A stretch of DNA of 64,000 nucleotides from an uncultured cyanobacterium (GTDB lineage: Bacteria; Cyanobacteriota; Cyanobacteriia; PCC-9006; JAAUQQ01). Of the stretch, positions 41,180-51,424 are shown one piece after another; positions within the stretch are counted from its first letter, which is position 1, and each line of letters opens with the position of its first letter. The translations under genes were made by a program, and so were the position numbers. Location of the stretch: positions 352,001-416,000 of the forward strand of contig OY970368.1 in assembly GCA_963718615.1 (NCBI GenBank), read 5' to 3'. The notes beneath the pieces are model-generated. The model was not told the DNA's origin, did no database searches, and was given only the letters and a program-made list of their open reading frames with translations.

Positions 41180-42349
41180 TTATTTCTGGGCCAGACGAGC
41201 TTGGGCTTCTTTGCTGCTGCTCAAGTCCTGTTGAACTTGGGCGATCGACCAACCATTCTTTTCCATCCGGCGCATGTAGGTCTTGAGGCCAGAATGATCG
41301 GCATCGCGACCCAGGACTTGGCGATAAACCCGGTTAATGGCAACGGTGCGGCCTTCCTGGCTATTGAGGAGGCGATCGCGCACCCAAGCCAAGGTCTTGC
41401 CTTTCTCTAGCTGACGGCTATAGGTCGCTAGCCCAGATGGATCTACGGTTCGTCCCAAAATGTCACTGTACAGTGCATTGAGGGCCTCATAGTGAGGATT
41501 TTTTTGCTCGGTGGCAGATACCGTTGCTGCCGGAGGCTTAGGTGTGGAAGCAACCGGCTTAGTGGGCTCGGTCACGGGTACGACTTCAATGATAATGGGT
41601 TTTTGTTCAACCGGTTTTTGGGCAACGGGCTTTTGGGCGACAGGCGGAGTGGGCAAGGGATTCCCCACTACCACGGGCGGTTGTGTGGGTTGGGGTGCGG
41701 GTGTTGCGGCAACCGGAGGCTTGGGCGCGGGCGCGGGCGCGGGTGTTGCGGCAACCGGAGGCTTAGGTGTAGGCTTCTGGGCAATCGTATTCGCCAAGGC
41801 CACCGGGCTCGTGAAATAAACATGTCCCAGGGGTTTGCCATCGTAGATCCGACGGCTCAATTCCCAACCCGGATTCAGTTGAACTGCCAAATAATCTTGA
41901 GCGATGCCCTTGGTGCGGCCAATTTCAAGCTCGGTTTGACGGCGGTTGCTGGGCGTACCGAGGAGTGCTACATAGGAACCCCGGTTTTCTAACCGCAAGC
42001 TATAGCTCAAGCCCAAATCCTCACCGGCCATGCGGATCGAGTAACCATTGCTATCGGTGCTGCGACCACAGATGCCGGAGAAGTCAAAGTTGAGCAGGAG
42101 GGGATCGACGGTTCCCGCAGCGGTGTTCTTCTCTTGCCAACAGGCGCGCTGATTGGGTTTCTGTTCAATCACGACCAAGTTATAGGCGTTATTGGCGCGG
42201 GGAGCGGCCATGACTAAAAAACTATCTTGCGGGACGGCTGCCTCGGTGAAGAGAGAGGCCGCTGCTTGAACAGGTGCAAGTCCAACTGTTGAAGAAAGCG
42301 CGGTGCCAAGGGCGAAAGCGGAGAGAGCGAAACGAGCAGGGAGGGTCAT
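41180..42349 (-). CDS. Secreted DUF3747 protein with Pro/Ala linker and DUF4214-like C-terminal repeats
   Basis: Signal peptide; VDPLLLNFDFSGICGRSTDSNGYSIR; KPPVAATPAP repeats; LYSDILGR..DPSGLATY and VYRQVLGRDADHSGLKTY. Confidence 0.85.
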   Translation of the reverse strand: MTLPARFALSAFALGTALSSTVGLAPVQAAASLFTEAAVPQDSFLVMAAPRANNAYNLVVIEQKPNQRACWQEKNTAAGTVDPLLLNFDFSGICGRSTDSNGYSIRMAGEDLGLSYSLRLENRGSYVALLGTPSNRRQTELEIGRTKGIAQDYLAVQLNPGWELSRRIYDGKPLGHVYFTSPVALANTIAQKPTPKPPVAATPAPAPAPKPPVAATPAPQPTQPPVVVGNPLPTPPVAQKPVAQKPVEQKPIIIEVVPVTEPTKPVASTPKPPAATVSATEQKNPHYEALNALYSDILGRTVDPSGLATYSRQLEKGKTLAWVRDRLLNSQEGRTVAINRVYRQVLGRDADHSGLKTYMRRMEKNGWSIAQVQQDLSSSKEAQARLAQK

Positions 42350-42537
42350 GGGGTAGGCTCCGGTAGAATTTCTGAGTATCAAAGTTTGCCTTTCTGGGTT
42401 CTATGACCGGGCGGGTTGCGGAGAAGATTCCAGGGCGGATCCGCTTCCTGAAGTGTCTATGGGAACTCCCGTTTGTCCGGATTGGGACGGGTCTGTCCTG
42501 AAGAAAACAAGTTGCCATTAGGACGTATAGTGGGAAA

Positions 42538-42692
42538 ACCAGGATGGTTTCTGGAGGGAACAGCTCCAGAAGGAAACGGGGAAAGCCAGTGTAAGTCTGG
42601 CGCTGTCCCGCAGCTGTAAGGTCGAGGATTGGTCTTTATGGGGTTTTGTGCCATGACCGCAGCCTTCACCAAGTCAGAATGCCCGCCATCAG
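42538..42692 (+). ncRNA. Cobalamin riboswitch
   Basis: GGTTTCTGGAG..CTCCAGAAGGAAACGGGGAAAGCCAGTGTAAGTCTGGCGCTGTCCCGCAGCTGTAA...AAGTCAGAATGCCCGCC. Confidence 0.92.
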
Positions 42693-42739
42693 GACTGTTC
42701 ACCGAATTAACATCTGCGCGGTACAGATGGGGAGACTTT

Positions 42740-43396
42740 ATGACGAGCAATGTGTTTGGGCGATTTTCGTCCATTGGGAAACTACTTTTTATCGTTGCAG
42801 GGGCGATCGCCACTCTCGGCCTTCTCCCCTCTACAGCTCTGGCTCACCATGCCCTCAGCGGTCGCCTTCCCAGTAATGGTTTAGAAGGATTCTACTCAGG
42901 ACTGGCCCATCCGATGATTGGCCTGGATCATTTTTGCTTTGTGCTGGCGATCGGGGTTTTGGCTGCAACCCAGGTGCGGGGGCTGTGGCTCCCGATTGTT
43001 TTTGTGCTGGCCGGCTTGGGGGGGACGCTGCTGCATCTCGCTGAATTTAATCTGCCCCTCGTCGAAGTGGGCGTTGCCGGTTCGCTGCTCCTGGCGGGTT
43101 GGTTCTTGGCGCGGCGACAGGGGTTACCGCTCGTGGCGCTGTTGGGATTGGGGGCGATCGCCGGTATTTTCCACGGCTATGCCTATGGAGAAAGCATTGT
43201 AGGGGCCGAAATGACGCCGTTGACTGCCTATTTGGCGGGTTTGACGCTGATTCAACTGGGGGTGGCGATCGCCGTCGCCCAGTTCTTCAAAACCGTCATC
43301 CAGCGGGCCACTCAGAACCCTGCGACGTTACTTCGCTATGCTGGGTTTACATTTTTTGGTGCGGGCATCGCATTTTTATCCACAGCTTTAGGGTGA
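42740..43396 (+). CDS. hupE: HupE/UreJ family cobalt/nickel transporter
   Basis: ALAHH, GLAHPMIGLDH, FHGYAYG; GGAG RBS before ATG 42740. Confidence 0.92.
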   Translation: MTSNVFGRFSSIGKLLFIVAGAIATLGLLPSTALAHHALSGRLPSNGLEGFYSGLAHPMIGLDHFCFVLAIGVLAATQVRGLWLPIVFVLAGLGGTLLHLAEFNLPLVEVGVAGSLLLAGWFLARRQGLPLVALLGLGAIAGIFHGYAYGESIVGAEMTPLTAYLAGLTLIQLGVAIAVAQFFKTVIQRATQNPATLLRYAGFTFFGAGIAFLSTALG

Positions 43397-43402
43397 TAGA
43401 AA

Positions 43403-44491
43403 ATGCATAAGATTCCGGTCACGATTATCACAGGATTTCTGGGTGCTGGCAAAACGACACTGGTTCGCAATCTTTTGCAAAATAACCAAGGCCGTCGCAT
43501 TGCGGTGTTGGTGAATGAGTTTGGCGAAGTCGGGATTGATGGGGATTTACTGCGCGGTTGTCAGGTTTGTGACGAGGAGGAGGTCCCAGGCTCCACCGAA
43601 GAATCCGCCGAATCCGCCGCTGCCAATAACACGGTCAATAACGCTGCCAATATTGTCGAACTGACCAACGGCTGTCTCTGCTGCACGGTCCAGGAGGAGT
43701 TTTTGCCCACGATGGAGGAACTGCTCAAGCGTCGCGATCAGATCGACTGCATGCTGATTGAAACCAGTGGATTGGCAATGCCGAAGCCCTTGGTTCAAGC
43801 CTTTCGCTGGCCGGAGGTACGCACCGGAGCAACGGTGGATGGTGTGGTCACAGTGGTAGATTGTGTGGCGGTGGCTGCGGGGCAATTTGCGTCGAATCTA
43901 GAAGCCCTAGAACAGCAGCGCCAGGCAGATGACAGTTTAGACCATGAAACGCCCCTGGAAGAGTTGTTTGAGGATCAGCTCAACTGTGCGGATTTGGTGC
44001 TGTTGACGAAAGTCGATCAGGTGGAGCCAGCCGTGCGGGAAACGGTGGAGCGGTGGTTGCGATCGCAACTCAAACCCCAAGTCAAAATTATCCCCTGCAC
44101 CCACGGAGAGATCAGCCCTGAGGTTCTGCTGGGGTTTAATGCCGCCGTTGAAGACGATCTAGAGAGTCGGCCCAGCCACCATGACCACGAGCATGAGCAT
44201 GAACACGACGAGCATCTCAATTCGGTGGTGTGGCTCAGTGACGCTGCTTTTGAGCCTCAAGCTCTGATTGCGAAGCTTCAGCAACTGGTAGAAACCCAGG
44301 AAATCTATCGCATTAAGGGGTTTGTCCAGGTGCCGAACAAGCCCATGCGGTTGGTTTTGCAAGGGGTGGGGTCGCGGTTTGATTCCTTTTTCGATCGCCC
44401 TTGGCAACCGGATGAACCGCGACAAACTCGGTTGGTGCTGATTGGGGATGAGCTGGATGGGGAGGCGATCGAGCGTCAGCTTAGCCTGTGA
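43403..44491 (+). CDS. cobW: Cobalamin biosynthesis GTPase/metallochaperone CobW
   Basis: ITGFLGAGKTT, VNEFGE, GCLCCT, ETSGLA, FEDQL, His-rich loop, YRIKG. Confidence 0.95.
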   Translation: MHKIPVTIITGFLGAGKTTLVRNLLQNNQGRRIAVLVNEFGEVGIDGDLLRGCQVCDEEEVPGSTEESAESAAANNTVNNAANIVELTNGCLCCTVQEEFLPTMEELLKRRDQIDCMLIETSGLAMPKPLVQAFRWPEVRTGATVDGVVTVVDCVAVAAGQFASNLEALEQQRQADDSLDHETPLEELFEDQLNCADLVLLTKVDQVEPAVRETVERWLRSQLKPQVKIIPCTHGEISPEVLLGFNAAVEDDLESRPSHHDHEHEHEHDEHLNSVVWLSDAAFEPQALIAKLQQLVETQEIYRIKGFVQVPNKPMRLVLQGVGSRFDSFFDRPWQPDEPRQTRLVLIGDELDGEAIERQLSL

Positions 44492-44541
44492 AGCTTGAGC
44501 AGTAAAGGTTAAAATCTAAGGACTCGCGACGGAGCAGGCAC

Positions 44542-45198
44542 ATGTCCTTGGTCACCCTCCAACTTCGGCAACTCGACATCCCTCCGGGTCAAAGGCTTCT
44601 CATCCATGATGTTGACTGGTCTGAGTTTGAGCACATCTTAGAAGAGCTGGGGGAAAAACGAGCTGCCCGCATTGCCTATAGTGAGCGCATCTTGGAGATT
44701 AGAATGCCGCTGCCAAAGCACGAGCGCGAGAAATCGATCCTCGGTGATGTCGTCAAGATATTGCTGGAGGAGTTAGAGATAGATTGCGAATGCTTCGGTT
44801 CAGCGACGTTTAAGCGCCAAGAGATGGATTTTGGGATTGAGCCAGATGATTGTTTTTATATTCAAAATCACCGGGCTGTGATGGGTCGCGATCGCCTAGA
44901 TTTATCGGTTGACCCACCCCCGGATCTGGCGATCGAAGTAGATGTCACCTCCAAAACTCAAATCAACGCCTATCTCAGCTTGGGTGTGCCTGAGCTTTGG
45001 GTTTATGAGGGGCAGAAACTCAAAATTTACGGATTACAGGCTGGAGACTATCAATCCGTCGACGTTAGCCCAACATTTCCGACATTGCCGATTTTGACCT
45101 GGGTTACAGAGGTATTAGCACAAAGTCTAACCGAGGGCAGAAGTCCGGCTTTGCGAGCTTTGCGGCAAAAGGTTCGGCAAGCGCTTAACGGGCTTTAA
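44542..45198 (+). CDS. Uma2 family (DUF820) protein
   Basis: LEIRMPLPKHE, GSATFKR, IEPDDCFY, PPPDLAIEVD, LGVPELW. Confidence 0.92.
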   Translation: MSLVTLQLRQLDIPPGQRLLIHDVDWSEFEHILEELGEKRAARIAYSERILEIRMPLPKHEREKSILGDVVKILLEELEIDCECFGSATFKRQEMDFGIEPDDCFYIQNHRAVMGRDRLDLSVDPPPDLAIEVDVTSKTQINAYLSLGVPELWVYEGQKLKIYGLQAGDYQSVDVSPTFPTLPILTWVTEVLAQSLTEGRSPALRALRQKVRQALNGL

Positions 45199-45210
45199 TG
45201 CGTTTCAAGG

Positions 45211-45840
45211 CTAGATCTCTGAGTGTTTGCCCCCATCCCAACGACGCAGGGGAACACAGTCCAACTCAAACTGATCCAACGCCCGCGCCACGACAAAATC
45301 GACCAGATCTTCGATCGTTTGAGGGTGGTGATACCAAGCTGGAATGGCTGGAACAATGCGCACGCCCGCTTCCGCCAGCGTCGTGAGATTGCGCAAATGG
45401 ATCAGGCTAAACGGCGTTTCCCGAGGCACGAGCACGAGCTTTCGACCTTCCTTGATCTGCACATCCGCTGCTCGCTCTAAGAGGGCAGGCGTAAGTCCCG
45501 AGGCTAATTTGCCAACCGTACTCATGGAGCAGGGCAAAATTAACATCCCCTGGGTGCGAAATGAGCCGCTGGCGATCGTTGCACCTACATTTCCCCAGGC
45601 ATGGCAAGTCAGCGTTCCCGCCTCCGGCACCCCGGCCAGCCCGCGCCAAAACTGACTCTGCTGCTCAGGCTCTAGGGGCATGCGAACGCCCTCCTCCGCT
45701 TGCCAGACGATCGCCACGGATTTAGACGCAACCAAATCAATCTGATGGCCCGCCGTGAGTAGATGTTTGACGGCACGCACGGCATAAATCAACCCGGAGG
45801 CTCCGGTCACCCCCAGGATCAAAGGACGGGACTGGCCCAT
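45211..45840 (-). CDS. ubiX: Flavin prenyltransferase UbiX
   Basis: LGVTGASG, IASGSF, PCSMST, RAADV..KEGR, VPRETP. Confidence 0.96.
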   Translation of the reverse strand: MGQSRPLILGVTGASGLIYAVRAVKHLLTAGHQIDLVASKSVAIVWQAEEGVRMPLEPEQQSQFWRGLAGVPEAGTLTCHAWGNVGATIASGSFRTQGMLILPCSMSTVGKLASGLTPALLERAADVQIKEGRKLVLVPRETPFSLIHLRNLTTLAEAGVRIVPAIPAWYHHPQTIEDLVDFVVARALDQFELDCVPLRRWDGGKHSEI

Positions 45841-45849
45841 GAAGCTGGT

Positions 45850-48225
45850 TTACTCCTCTTCGTTGAAATCGAGCCCGGACAGATTCGTTGAGCCCGAGCC
45901 TAGATCATCCATTTCCCCATCGGGGTCTTCATCGCTCTCGCTACCGCCCCCAACCACCATGAGGTCAATTTGCTGACGGTAATAATCGACGCTCTTGACC
46001 TGGACTTCGACGCGATCGCCCAAACTATACTGCCGCCGATTTTTGCGACCCACTAACCGCTGCTGTCGAATGCGATGCTCATACCAGTCGTCCTTGAGCG
46101 AACTCACATGGACGAGCCCTTCCACGAGCCAATCTTCGATTTCCACAAAGAAGCCGTAATTTTGCACCCGCGTAATTAAACCGTTGAAGACCTCCCCGGT
46201 GTGGGCCTTCATAAACTCCGCTTTCTTAAGGCCAATCAAATCTTCTTCGGCATCCTGGGCACGGGTTTCGCGCTCGCTGAGCTGAACGACGATCGCCTGG
46301 TGCTGCATTTCCAGCTCTTGCTGAACATCGGGAGGCAAGACATTCCAGTTGACATTGCCATGGGCCTCGCTGCTGTGCAGATTGACCCGATCCTTCGAGC
46401 GCGTGGTGCGGCGATCGCGTCCCGTCTCAAACAAAGCATGGAGAACCCGCTGAATTTGCAGATCACAGTAGCGCCGAGCGGGGCAGGTAAAGTGGGTGTA
46501 CCCTTCCTCTGCGGCGATCGAGAGCCCAAAATGCTTACCAGGCGTAAGGCTATAGGAGGCGGGTTTCAGCGTTTGTTGCAACAGATAGGTGAGTACCCGC
46601 TCCGCCGAGGTTTCGCCAAACTGTTCCAAAAAGCGCTGATACACCTTGGAGTCAATATCCTCGTCGGATTCTTCCCAATCCAACTCAATTTCTAGATTGG
46701 CTGCGAGCTTAACCAGCTCCTGGACAGTGTTGCGATCGGGCGCACGATGGACCCGATAAAGCAGCGGTAGGCCCAAGGACTGAAGATGCATCGCCACCAG
46801 ATGATTGGCTAGCAGCATAATTTCGGCCAATTGACCTCGAATCGGCAATTCATCGGCGACGATCATCGCCCCCAAAATTCCCTCGTCGTTATAGGCAAAG
46901 CGGCTGTAGAGGGCAGGACTGACGTTATCCTTGGCCTCCGCTACCATGGGCAACCGCTCCGGCAGATTGAGCTCAAAGGCTCCCCGCTGGTAGCGCTGCT
47001 GGCGTAGCAGTTGACCGACTTCTGCTAACTGATCAATCAGTTCAAAGATTTCTTTATGCTTTTTAATGCCCTTGGTCTTAGCATCCCGATCCAAAATGGT
47101 CTGGGCCTGGTGATAGCTCAAAACCGCATTGGCCTGAATAATCGAGGGATACACCTCAAAGGCTTGCAGCTCTCCCTCCTCGCTGAGCAAAATTTCCAGA
47201 GAAATACTGAGGCGATCGCGCCCCTCCTGAAAACTGCAAAGACTCTTGGCCAATGGATCCGGCAACAGCGGAATCACCGTTTCACCCAGATAAATCGCCG
47301 TTCCACGCCGTCGGGCCTCTTGGTCGATGGCCGAATCCACCGGCACATAAAACGCCACATCCGCCGTATGCACCCAAAGCCGCCAGCCGTCTTCGAGCTT
47401 TTCTAAGGAAATGGCATTGTCGATCATGCCCGCTGCCGAATCCGCCTCTGCCCCATGGATGGCAACGGTCAGCGTATCCCGGAGCTCGATCCGATCCTTT
47501 AGATCCGCCTTGCGCACTCGGGTGGGCAAATCCTTCAAGACCTGCTGGAGCGACTCGGGAAACTCTCCCGGCAGACTGTGCTTGCAGCAAACGATATCAA
47601 TATCGGAAGCCGCCTCGGCATCGCTCCCCAAAACCTGGGTCAAACGGCCCACCGGAGCATGGCGACCAATGGGATAGCGCATGACCTCCACATTGACCAA
47701 ATGTTCAATCGCTTCATTCAGCGCCGCTTCATCCGCATCCAGCGCCAGTTCAAACAACAGGCGATCGTCCAGGGGAACCGCTCGAAAACGGCCCTGATCT
47801 CCCTTAATACGGGCTAAAACCGACGTATTGGCCCGCTCCATAATCAACTGAACTCGCCCTTCTGGACTGCGGCGGCGGCTAGCTTCCTTGGTAACGGTGA
47901 CTAAAACGCGATCGCCATTCCAGGCATGATTGAGGTCGCGATCGCGAATATAGATATCCTCCGCATCCTCCACATCCTGAATCGCAAAACAAAATCCCTT
48001 ACTGGAGCAGCGCAAGCGCCCTTCGATATAGCCCGTATCGGTCAACCGCCGATATTTTCCCCGCTCCTTCACCAAAATCCCAATTTTTTCGAGGGCATCT
48101 AGGGTAATTTGCAGCTCCCGCAGACTGGTTTCATCCTCACAACCCAACTTTTTTTCTAAAACCCGAGGTGCAACCAATTTGTCATCAGCAAAGGTAGCAA
48201 GCAGGGTGGCGACTGAAAATTTCAT
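45850..48225 (-). CDS. rnr: Ribonuclease R family exoribonuclease
   Basis: MKFSVATLL start; RCSSKGFCFA cold-shock domain; HTADVA, RRGTAIY, YTHFTCPARRYCD; S1 domain EGLVHVSSL. Confidence 0.9.
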   Translation of the reverse strand: MKFSVATLLATFADDKLVAPRVLEKKLGCEDETSLRELQITLDALEKIGILVKERGKYRRLTDTGYIEGRLRCSSKGFCFAIQDVEDAEDIYIRDRDLNHAWNGDRVLVTVTKEASRRRSPEGRVQLIMERANTSVLARIKGDQGRFRAVPLDDRLLFELALDADEAALNEAIEHLVNVEVMRYPIGRHAPVGRLTQVLGSDAEAASDIDIVCCKHSLPGEFPESLQQVLKDLPTRVRKADLKDRIELRDTLTVAIHGAEADSAAGMIDNAISLEKLEDGWRLWVHTADVAFYVPVDSAIDQEARRRGTAIYLGETVIPLLPDPLAKSLCSFQEGRDRLSISLEILLSEEGELQAFEVYPSIIQANAVLSYHQAQTILDRDAKTKGIKKHKEIFELIDQLAEVGQLLRQQRYQRGAFELNLPERLPMVAEAKDNVSPALYSRFAYNDEGILGAMIVADELPIRGQLAEIMLLANHLVAMHLQSLGLPLLYRVHRAPDRNTVQELVKLAANLEIELDWEESDEDIDSKVYQRFLEQFGETSAERVLTYLLQQTLKPASYSLTPGKHFGLSIAAEEGYTHFTCPARRYCDLQIQRVLHALFETGRDRRTTRSKDRVNLHSSEAHGNVNWNVLPPDVQQELEMQHQAIVVQLSERETRAQDAEEDLIGLKKAEFMKAHTGEVFNGLITRVQNYGFFVEIEDWLVEGLVHVSSLKDDWYEHRIRQQRLVGRKNRRQYSLGDRVEVQVKSVDYYRQQIDLMVVGGGSESDEDPDGEMDDLGSGSTNLSGLDFNEEE

Positions 48226-48512
48226 GGATGCCTCGATCTGAATCTGCGGAGTGAAGGTGAAGATGGACCGAAAACCGCCCTCGAAACCCAGGACGCCAAT
48301 AGCCGAGGTTCCAAGACGCGAAGAGCACAAAACCTGAAACGCGATGAACCAACAGACTAGACAACGACCCCTGACTTCAAAGAACAGGGCGATGGACAGA
48401 TCTGAAATGCTACAGAAACTTTGCCGTGCGATCTCCGTTGCCCCAGCAAAATTTTGCGCAACGTGGCATAAGCACAATCCGTCGCACTACATTGTAGCGG
48501 TCTATGGATGCT

Positions 48513-49184
48513 TTATCGCTTTCCAGTCACGATATAAACCACTCGATTCCCAATATTCGTCGCGTGATCGGCCATCCGTTCCAAATATCGAATGACCAAG
48601 ACCAGCAGCACCACGGGCTCAACGCCCTGTTGCAGGTCGGGTTCTTGGACCAAGGCCCGATAGAGGCTTTCATAGTCCGAATCCACCACATCATCTTTAT
48701 GTTTGATGGCCTTGGCGGCTTCAACATCGAGGTTAGACAGCGCTTCTAAACTCAGGGCTAGCATGGCCCGACAGCGATCGAGCATCAGTCCAATCCGCCC
48801 CATCAGCGGCGACTCGGGGTAGGGAAAGAGCTTGACCGCTAGCTCGCTGATATCTTCGGCATAGTCCCCAATGCGCTCTAGGTCTCGAACCAGCTGCATC
48901 AGCGCACTGAGCAGCCGCAGATCGTGGCTGACAGGAGATTGCAACGCCATCAGATTGACGCAATCCAACTCAATTTGACGATAAAGCTGATCAATTTGCT
49001 TATCTTGATGGTCTAGGGCCGTGGCAGCGTCGAGGTCGCGGTCAATTAAGGACTGACGGGCTAGCCAACAGGAACTTTCAACCAGTGCCCCCATGCGCAG
49101 GACATCCTGCTGGACGCGCTTAATTTGACGCTCAAAATGGGTTCTAGTGGTACTCGGCGGACTATCAGAGAAAAGGCTCATCAT
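48513..49184 (-). CDS. phoU: Phosphate signalling protein PhoU/SphU
   Basis: LQSPVSHDLR, RDLERIGDYA, YLERMADHATNI. Confidence 0.96.
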   Translation of the reverse strand: MMSLFSDSPPSTTRTHFERQIKRVQQDVLRMGALVESSCWLARQSLIDRDLDAATALDHQDKQIDQLYRQIELDCVNLMALQSPVSHDLRLLSALMQLVRDLERIGDYAEDISELAVKLFPYPESPLMGRIGLMLDRCRAMLALSLEALSNLDVEAAKAIKHKDDVVDSDYESLYRALVQEPDLQQGVEPVVLLVLVIRYLERMADHATNIGNRVVYIVTGKR

Positions 49185-49436
49185 TATTTACTGACCCGAA
49201 TTTACAGACCCGACCCAAGTTTTTTATTTTTATTTTTGAGGGTGAACCCCAGGCAATGAGCGCGACATGACGCCCCCTAAGAAGATCCCATTCTAGCGGC
49301 TGTATTTGGGAGGCTCAAGTGTTCTAGGTAGCAGTTTTCTTGTTAAGTCATGTGACAGTCCCGTTCGATTTTGCAATTTATAACGGAATCTAAACAGAGA
49401 ATCTATGACATAACGTTTTAAGGAGATTCCAGAGCA

Positions 49437-49526
49437 ATGTCCCAAACCCAAATTATTGTCGCCCTTTTGCTTGCCCTAGTTCCTGGCTTTTTGGCCCTAC
49501 GTCTCGGAACCGAGCTTTATAAGTAA
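49437..49526 (+). CDS. psaM: Photosystem I subunit XII PsaM (not in the ORF track)
   Basis: MSQTQIIVALLLALVPGFLALRLGTELYK*, with AAGGAG RBS upstream. Confidence 0.95.
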   Translation: MSQTQIIVALLLALVPGFLALRLGTELYK

Positions 49527-49841
49527 GCCCAGCAAGGAAGCCCAGCATCCACTCCAGTGAACGGGGGTAGAGTCTATCTGCCCCCGTTTGCTTTTTGGGG
49601 TAACTAGACTAATGCGATCCATCTTGTGTAGGCCCTGGAGGGATATAGGGGCCTCTGCCCCTAGGGGGTGTTTTACCAAATCCCGCTTTGTCGTGTATCC
49701 TTAGACACTTCCGATAGTCAGGTATTAGGTTTAATGGACTCCATAGCCCAGGTTTGCGCTAGTTTCTCTTGACCTGAGAAAATCTGCTGCTAGACTGCTG
49801 GCTATCGAGCCCCCTCGCCTCTTGTTGATGGATGTTTTAAC

Positions 49842-50279
49842 GTGATGCAAGCGACCCGCACCAATTCCCGCCGAGCTCGGGGTCCCCAACCTGCCTCCAT
49901 TCGCACCCGTGCTTCCCATCTTCGTGCAGCTCCGGTCCGGCCCCTGGCCCGCAAGCAGCCCAAGCAGAGTGTTTTGGCACTCACCCGTGAGACGGTGGTT
50001 AAGCTTTCGATTAATGGGGTGCTGATTGGGATGTCTGCGATCGCCCTCGCCCGCTTAGTGCCAACCCACATGACCCAACAGGCCCAACTGCGGGAAGTTC
50101 AAGCAGAGCTAAGCTTTACCAAAGGGCGGGTGGATCAGCTCCGGTCGGAGTTTAACCGTTCCTTTGATCCGATGCAGGCCCAGGCGGTGATGCAGCAAGA
50201 AAGCTATCGGATTGACCCCAATCAGCGACCCGTGGTGTTTATTACGCCGACCACGACATTGGAAGATACACAGCCGTGA
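49842..50279 (+). CDS. Slr1601-like putative cell-division (septum initiator-like) protein
   Basis: Basic N-terminus, TM (KLSINGVLIG..LARLVP), coiled coil, RSFDPMQAQAVMQ. Confidence 0.65.
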   Translation: MMQATRTNSRRARGPQPASIRTRASHLRAAPVRPLARKQPKQSVLALTRETVVKLSINGVLIGMSAIALARLVPTHMTQQAQLREVQAELSFTKGRVDQLRSEFNRSFDPMQAQAVMQQESYRIDPNQRPVVFITPTTTLEDTQP

Positions 50280-50285
50280 GGGAGG

Positions 50286-51149
50286 TTAGCCCAAAGGTTG
50301 AACGAGGTCCTGGACAAATTTGGGCAGCATGGCGCTGGCTTGGTGGATGTCTGGGGTGTAGTACTTGCAGTTGAAGGGAGCTGCTTGGTAGCGATCGCGC
50401 ACCCGCGCCAAATCCGCCTGGAGCTCAACCTGGGACCCTAGGACATAGGACCACAGACCGGACGGATAGAAGGGAATAAATCCCACGTAAAACCGAACTT
50501 GGTCAAAGACTTGGCGCAGTTGCTGGCTCACGGAATGAATTTCGTTAGGATAATAGAGCGGTGTACCGCATTGGGTTACGTAAATCCCTTGGGTTTGGAG
50601 CGATCGCTGGCACATTTTAAAGAAAGGAGCCTCGAATAGCGGGACCGCTGGACCGATGGGGTCGGTTGAATCCACAATCAAAACATCAAAATGATGGTCA
50701 TACTGGGGCAAAATGTCTTCCCCCGGTGCGACTTGCAGCGACACCCTCGGATCGCTCAGGGCAATGTGGGAAACGCTAGGGAAAAATTCGCGGGAGGCAT
50801 CCACCACGGCTCCGTCGATTTCGACCCAGAGGACTTCTTCGACGCTGGGATGTTTGAGGATTTCTCGGACAGCTCCGCCGTCGCCGCCGCCAATCACCGC
50901 CACCCGCTTGGGGTCGGGGTGGGTGAGCATGGCCGGATGCACTAACATTTCATGATAAAAATACTCATCTCGCTCGGTCAGCATGACTTTATCGTCGAGC
51001 ATCATTAATTTGCCAAATTCGACGGTTTGATACACGTCAAGTTTTTGGTAAGGGGTTTGGGTTGAAAGCAGGGTTTCTGTAATGCGAAAGCCAAGCTGGA
51101 GATGATCGGTTTGTTGCTCAAAAACAACGGGATCAGAAAAGGGGGTCAT
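50286..51149 (-). CDS. speE: Spermidine synthase
   Basis: YHEMLVH, VIGGGDGG..REI, VEID, LIVDSTDP. Confidence 0.95.
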   Translation of the reverse strand: MTPFSDPVVFEQQTDHLQLGFRITETLLSTQTPYQKLDVYQTVEFGKLMMLDDKVMLTERDEYFYHEMLVHPAMLTHPDPKRVAVIGGGDGGAVREILKHPSVEEVLWVEIDGAVVDASREFFPSVSHIALSDPRVSLQVAPGEDILPQYDHHFDVLIVDSTDPIGPAVPLFEAPFFKMCQRSLQTQGIYVTQCGTPLYYPNEIHSVSQQLRQVFDQVRFYVGFIPFYPSGLWSYVLGSQVELQADLARVRDRYQAAPFNCKYYTPDIHQASAMLPKFVQDLVQPLG

Positions 51150-51310
51150 GGGGACTTGCCTTCACAAAATAGAACAGATGAAAACAAAAGTTTAGGAAGC
51201 GGGCGATCGCCTTCACCAGGCAATTTAGCCGTTTTCTATCATCGGTGAAGACCGGGTCGAAAATACAGCGGATTTAGGCCGCAGGTGGTATAATGAGTCC
51301 TGGGATTAAG

Positions 51311-51424
51311 TATTCGGTTGATGCGTTCGTTCCTTGATATTGGCGGATTTGTCAGGTTTTTCATAGGTAGCACCTCTCCGAAATCTCACCCGTTGCAGAC
51401 CTCATATGATTCTGGAGACGCTCC
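51311..51424 (+). promoter_or_regulatory. Conserved rbp 5' leader with an RBS-sequestering stem
   Basis: TCTCCGAA (51375-82) is complementary to TTCTGGAGA (51410-18) over the RBS; TTCGGTTGA upstream. Resembles boxes recalled from cold-induced cyanobacterial rbp leaders. Confidence 0.6.

Noticed and set aside
42629-42739. N-terminal extension of HupE in the ORF track (likewise for clpP, psb29, cbiX, rnr and the aldo/keto reductase)
   Set aside because: Overlaps a riboswitch or promoter DNA; downstream starts match the family N-termini and RBS.
49240-49250. GGG-N5-CCC upstream of phoU as a HetR box
   Set aside because: Only the minimal 6-bp match with no extended arms; expected by chance.
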